DNA from: an uncultured Acidobacteriota bacterium
GTDB taxonomy: Bacteria; Acidobacteriota; Vicinamibacteria; Vicinamibacterales; CAVVIG01
Direction of reading: 5' to 3'
Assembly (NCBI GenBank): GCA_963837345.1
Contig: CAWIMX010000001.1
Coordinates: 2,172,419 to 2,236,418 of the forward strand
DNA length: 64,000 nucleotides
The notes beneath the pieces were generated by a model, which searched no databases, was not told where the DNA came from, and saw only the letters and a program-made list of their open reading frames with translations. The translations under genes and the position numbers were made by a program. Positions 61,588 through 64,000 of this stretch are shown here, in pieces. The number at the start of each line of letters is the position of its first letter. Position 1 is the first letter of the stretch.

Positions 61588-64000
61588 TTGCGCAGGTCGT
61601 CTCCACCATCGGCTGGACGCTCATCCACTTCGTCTGGCAGGGAACCGCCGTCGCGCTCCTCACCGCTCTGGCCCTTCGGGCGCCCGGCGCCTCCACCGCG
61701 CGCGTGCGGTACGCGATCGCCACGCTGGCGCTCGCCGCGATGGTCGCTTCGACCGCAGCGACGGCAGGCTGGCTATGGGCCGCGTCGACGCCGGTCACGC
61801 GGAGCGAAGCCGCGGCGGTCGGCGTCTTCGACGCCGGTGACGATTCCCCGACGGCGTCGGTGACCGTCGAGGAGCCCGCGTCCACGTCGTTCTACTCCGG
61901 CGCGGATCCTTTATCCGTCGCCTCGTCCACGGTCGTGCTGCCGACGATCGTGGCCCTGTGGCTGGTCGGCGTGGCCGTGCTGATGGGCCGGATGGCTGGC
62001 GGCCTGTGGTACATCGGGCGGCTGCGTCGCGCCTCGCTTGCCTCACCGCCCTCGTCCTGGCAGGAGCGGTGCGGGCAGCTGGTCGAGCGGCTCCATCTCG
62101 CCCTGCCGGTCAGAGTCGTGGACTCGCTCCGAGTGGACGTGCCGATGGTCGTCGGATGGCTGAGGCCGGTGATTCTCCTGCCGGCCGCCGCATTGGCCAA
62201 TCTCACGCCCGACCAGGTCGAAGCGGTCCTGGTCCACGAGCTGGCGCACATTCGTCGTCACGACTATCTGGTCAACCTGCTGCAGACGCTCGCCGAGACG
62301 CTGCTCTTCTTCCACCCGGCGGTCTGGTGGGTTTCGTCGCGGATCCGCATCGAACGTGAGCACTGTTGCGACGATGTCGCGCTCGAAACGTGCGGCGACC
62401 CGCTGGGGTACGTCCGTGCCCTGGCCGAGCTGGAAGCTGCGCGGGTGGGTGAGGCCAGTTTCGCGGTGGCCGCGTCGGGAGGGCCGCTGGTGGCGCGCGT
62501 ACGGCGGATCCTGCGGGAGCCGCCGCTGGCGGGAAGCAACAATCCCCGCGTCGCCGGCTGGGCGATCACGCTGGCTCTGACCATTTTCGCGGCCGCAGGC
62601 CTGGCAGCCGCCATTCAGCAGCCACCGGTGCCCGTGCAGGCGCCCGCCGCGCCGGCGTCACCGGCGGCGATTGGGCAGCCACCCCGCCCGCCGGCGGCAC
62701 CTGTACCGGCGCCGCCCGTCGTGCCGGCGGTCCCGCCGGTGCCGGCGCCTCCAACCGCCGACCGACACACGGCCTGGCGGGACGGGCTGCGCCACATCGA
62801 GGTTCACCTGAAGGGCGACGTCGCATTCAACGACGAGCTCACCGACGTGGTCAGCCTTTCGCCCGGCGGCTCGCTGACGGTCCGCGACTGGCACTACCTG
62901 ATTCCCTACACGATCGAGATCCGCGAGGTCGACGACTCGCTCACGCGCACGTACTACATCGCCGGCCTGCAGCAGTCGTGGAACAGCGAGGCGCGCACCA
63001 TGCTCGCCGACGAAGTCCGCGAACTGGCGCTCCGGGCCGGCTATGGCGCGGGGCCGCGCGTGGCCCGGCTGCTCGCCGCCGGCGGCGTCGACAGAGTGCT
63101 CGACGAACTGGGCCGCCTGAAAACCGACCACGCCCGACGCGTCTACCTGACCGAGCTCCTGTCGCAGGCCGATCCCGACGGCCAAGCCCTGGCCGCCATT
63201 CTGAAGGTCGCCGGCGGCGCACTGTCGTCGAGCTACGAGCTCGCGGCCATCCTTCGGACGGCTGCGCCCCGCGCCGTGGGCGACCGCGCGCCAGTCGTGG
63301 CATATCTGCAAGCGGCCAATCGGGTGCGCTCCGACTACGACCATCGGCGCGCCCTCACCGCACTCGGCGCCGAACCGGGCTTCGGACGTCTGGCGGCGAG
63401 CGACGAATCCGTGGCGCGGGCGTATGTCGACTCGGCCAGCGGCATTCGAATCGGACTCCGATCGACGGCTCGCGCTCACGACCTTCGCCACCGCCGACGG
63501 CTTCAACGTGGCGCTCGCGGCCGATGTCCTGGCGGCCGCTCGCACGATTCGCTCGGACTACGAGAAGGGCACGACGCTTCGCGCCCTGGCTCCGGTTGCC
63601 GCCGGCGACGAGCCGGCGGCGCGCGCGTATGTCGAAGCCGCCGCGACGATCCGCTCCGACTACGAGCAGCGCCGTGCGCTGCAGGCCCTGGCGGGGGCCG
63701 ACGAGGTGGCGCCCGCCGTGCCCGGACTGGTGGCGGCGGCGGCAGCGGACATTCGGTCCGACTACGAGCGCGGGCAGGTGCTGCGCGCCGCCATGCAATC
63801 GGCCCCGCCCGATGCCCCGCTTTCCGACGACGCGCTCCTGCGAGCCGCCCGGGGCATCTCGTCCGACACCGAATGTGCGCGACTCCTCGTCGAGTTCGTC
63901 GCGGCGGGCAGCCTCGACGCCGACTCGAGCTCCGACTTTTTCGAGACGCTACGCACGATCCGCTCCACGGCGTCGCGCCGCCGCGTGCTGGCGGCGGTCA
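61584..64000 (+). CDS. BlaR1-like M56 peptidase sensor with Pro-rich linker and C-terminal 34-residue repeat array (3' end beyond window; frame break near 63449)
   Basis: The ATG overlaps the blaI stop (ATGA). TM segments, HELAHIRRHD (HExxH) and LLFFHPAVWW. It is not in the ORF track because no stop lies in the window. After GGCATTCGAATCGG the conserved repeat continues in the +1 frame. Confidence 0.85.
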   Translation, partial: MIAQVVSTIGWTLIHFVWQGTAVALLTALALRAPGASTARVRYAIATLALAAMVASTAATAGWLWAASTPVTRSEAAAVGVFDAGDDSPTASVTVEEPASTSFYSGADPLSVASSTVVLPTIVALWLVGVAVLMGRMAGGLWYIGRLRRASLASPPSSWQERCGQLVERLHLALPVRVVDSLRVDVPMVVGWLRPVILLPAAALANLTPDQVEAVLVHELAHIRRHDYLVNLLQTLAETLLFFHPAVWWVSSRIRIEREHCCDDVALETCGDPLGYVRALAELEAARVGEASFAVAASGGPLVARVRRILREPPLAGSNNPRVAGWAITLALTIFAAAGLAAAIQQPPVPVQAPAAPASPAAIGQPPRPPAAPVPAPPVVPAVPPVPAPPTADRHTAWRDGLRHIEVHLKGDVAFNDELTDVVSLSPGGSLTVRDWHYLIPYTIEIREVDDSLTRTYYIAGLQQSWNSEARTMLADEVRELALRAGYGAGPRVARLLAAGGVDRVLDELGRLKTDHARRVYLTELLSQADPDGQALAAILKVAGGALSSSYELAAILRTAAPRAVGDRAPVVAYLQAANRVRSDYDHRRALTALGAEPGFGRLAASDESVARAYVDSASGIRIGLRSTARAHDLRHRRRLQRGARGRCPGGRSHDSLGLREGHDASRPGSGCRRRRAGGARVCRSRRDDPLRLRAAPCAAGPGGGRRGGARRARTGGGGGSGHSVRLRARAGAARRHAIGPARCPAFRRRAPASRPGHLVRHRMCATPRRVRRGGQPRRRLELRLFRDATHDPLHGVAPPRAGGG

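Overview
Very GC-rich bacterial chromosomal segment (by eye about two-thirds to 70% G+C, not computed). I count about 57 protein-coding genes on both strands. I can support no rRNA, tRNA or CRISPR array.

Content is mostly core housekeeping:
- uvrA, lpxC, lysA, tmk, comF, the rsfS-nadD-obg-rpmA-rplU block, dprA, topA, trmFO, xerC and hslVU.
- An acyl-CoA carboxylase set (carboxyltransferase, biotin carboxylase, BCCP).
- tamB, a bamA-type Omp85 and a SurA-like chaperone.
- Class II (B12-dependent) ribonucleotide reductase nrdJ, preceded by tandem NrdR boxes.
- Two two-component systems (one NtrC/sigma-54 type), two ECF sigma operons, two APC permeases and a BlaI/BlaR1-like pair.

The diderm gene set, the PEGA/TPR/FN3 lipoproteins and the regulator mix would fit an Acidobacteriota- or Gemmatimonadota-like organism. 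That is inference only. Many of the longest ORFs in the six-frame track are antisense or out-of-phase artefacts of high GC.

Main points worth a second look:
1. A translationally coupled minus-strand operon (13275->10674) encodes an ECF sigma, a STAS antagonist, a Cys-free 88-aa helical protein and an atypical radical SAM enzyme. No recognisable anti-sigma factor or switch kinase sits beside it. This is my best candidate for an undescribed system, and it remains a hypothesis.
2. A MITE-like element flanked by CTAG occurs in two inverted copies. One copy interrupts a beta-propeller gene whose frame is restored exactly by in-silico excision.
3. At least nine single-base frame breaks fall in conserved, partly essential genes (nadD, topA x2, tal x2, accC and others). 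The simplest reading is indel errors in the assembly, so every 'pseudogene' here needs caution.
4. The BlaR1-like sensor carries a C-terminal array of 34-residue repeats with an (I/V)RSDYE signature.

All family assignments come from motifs I recognise by eye. No database search was run.
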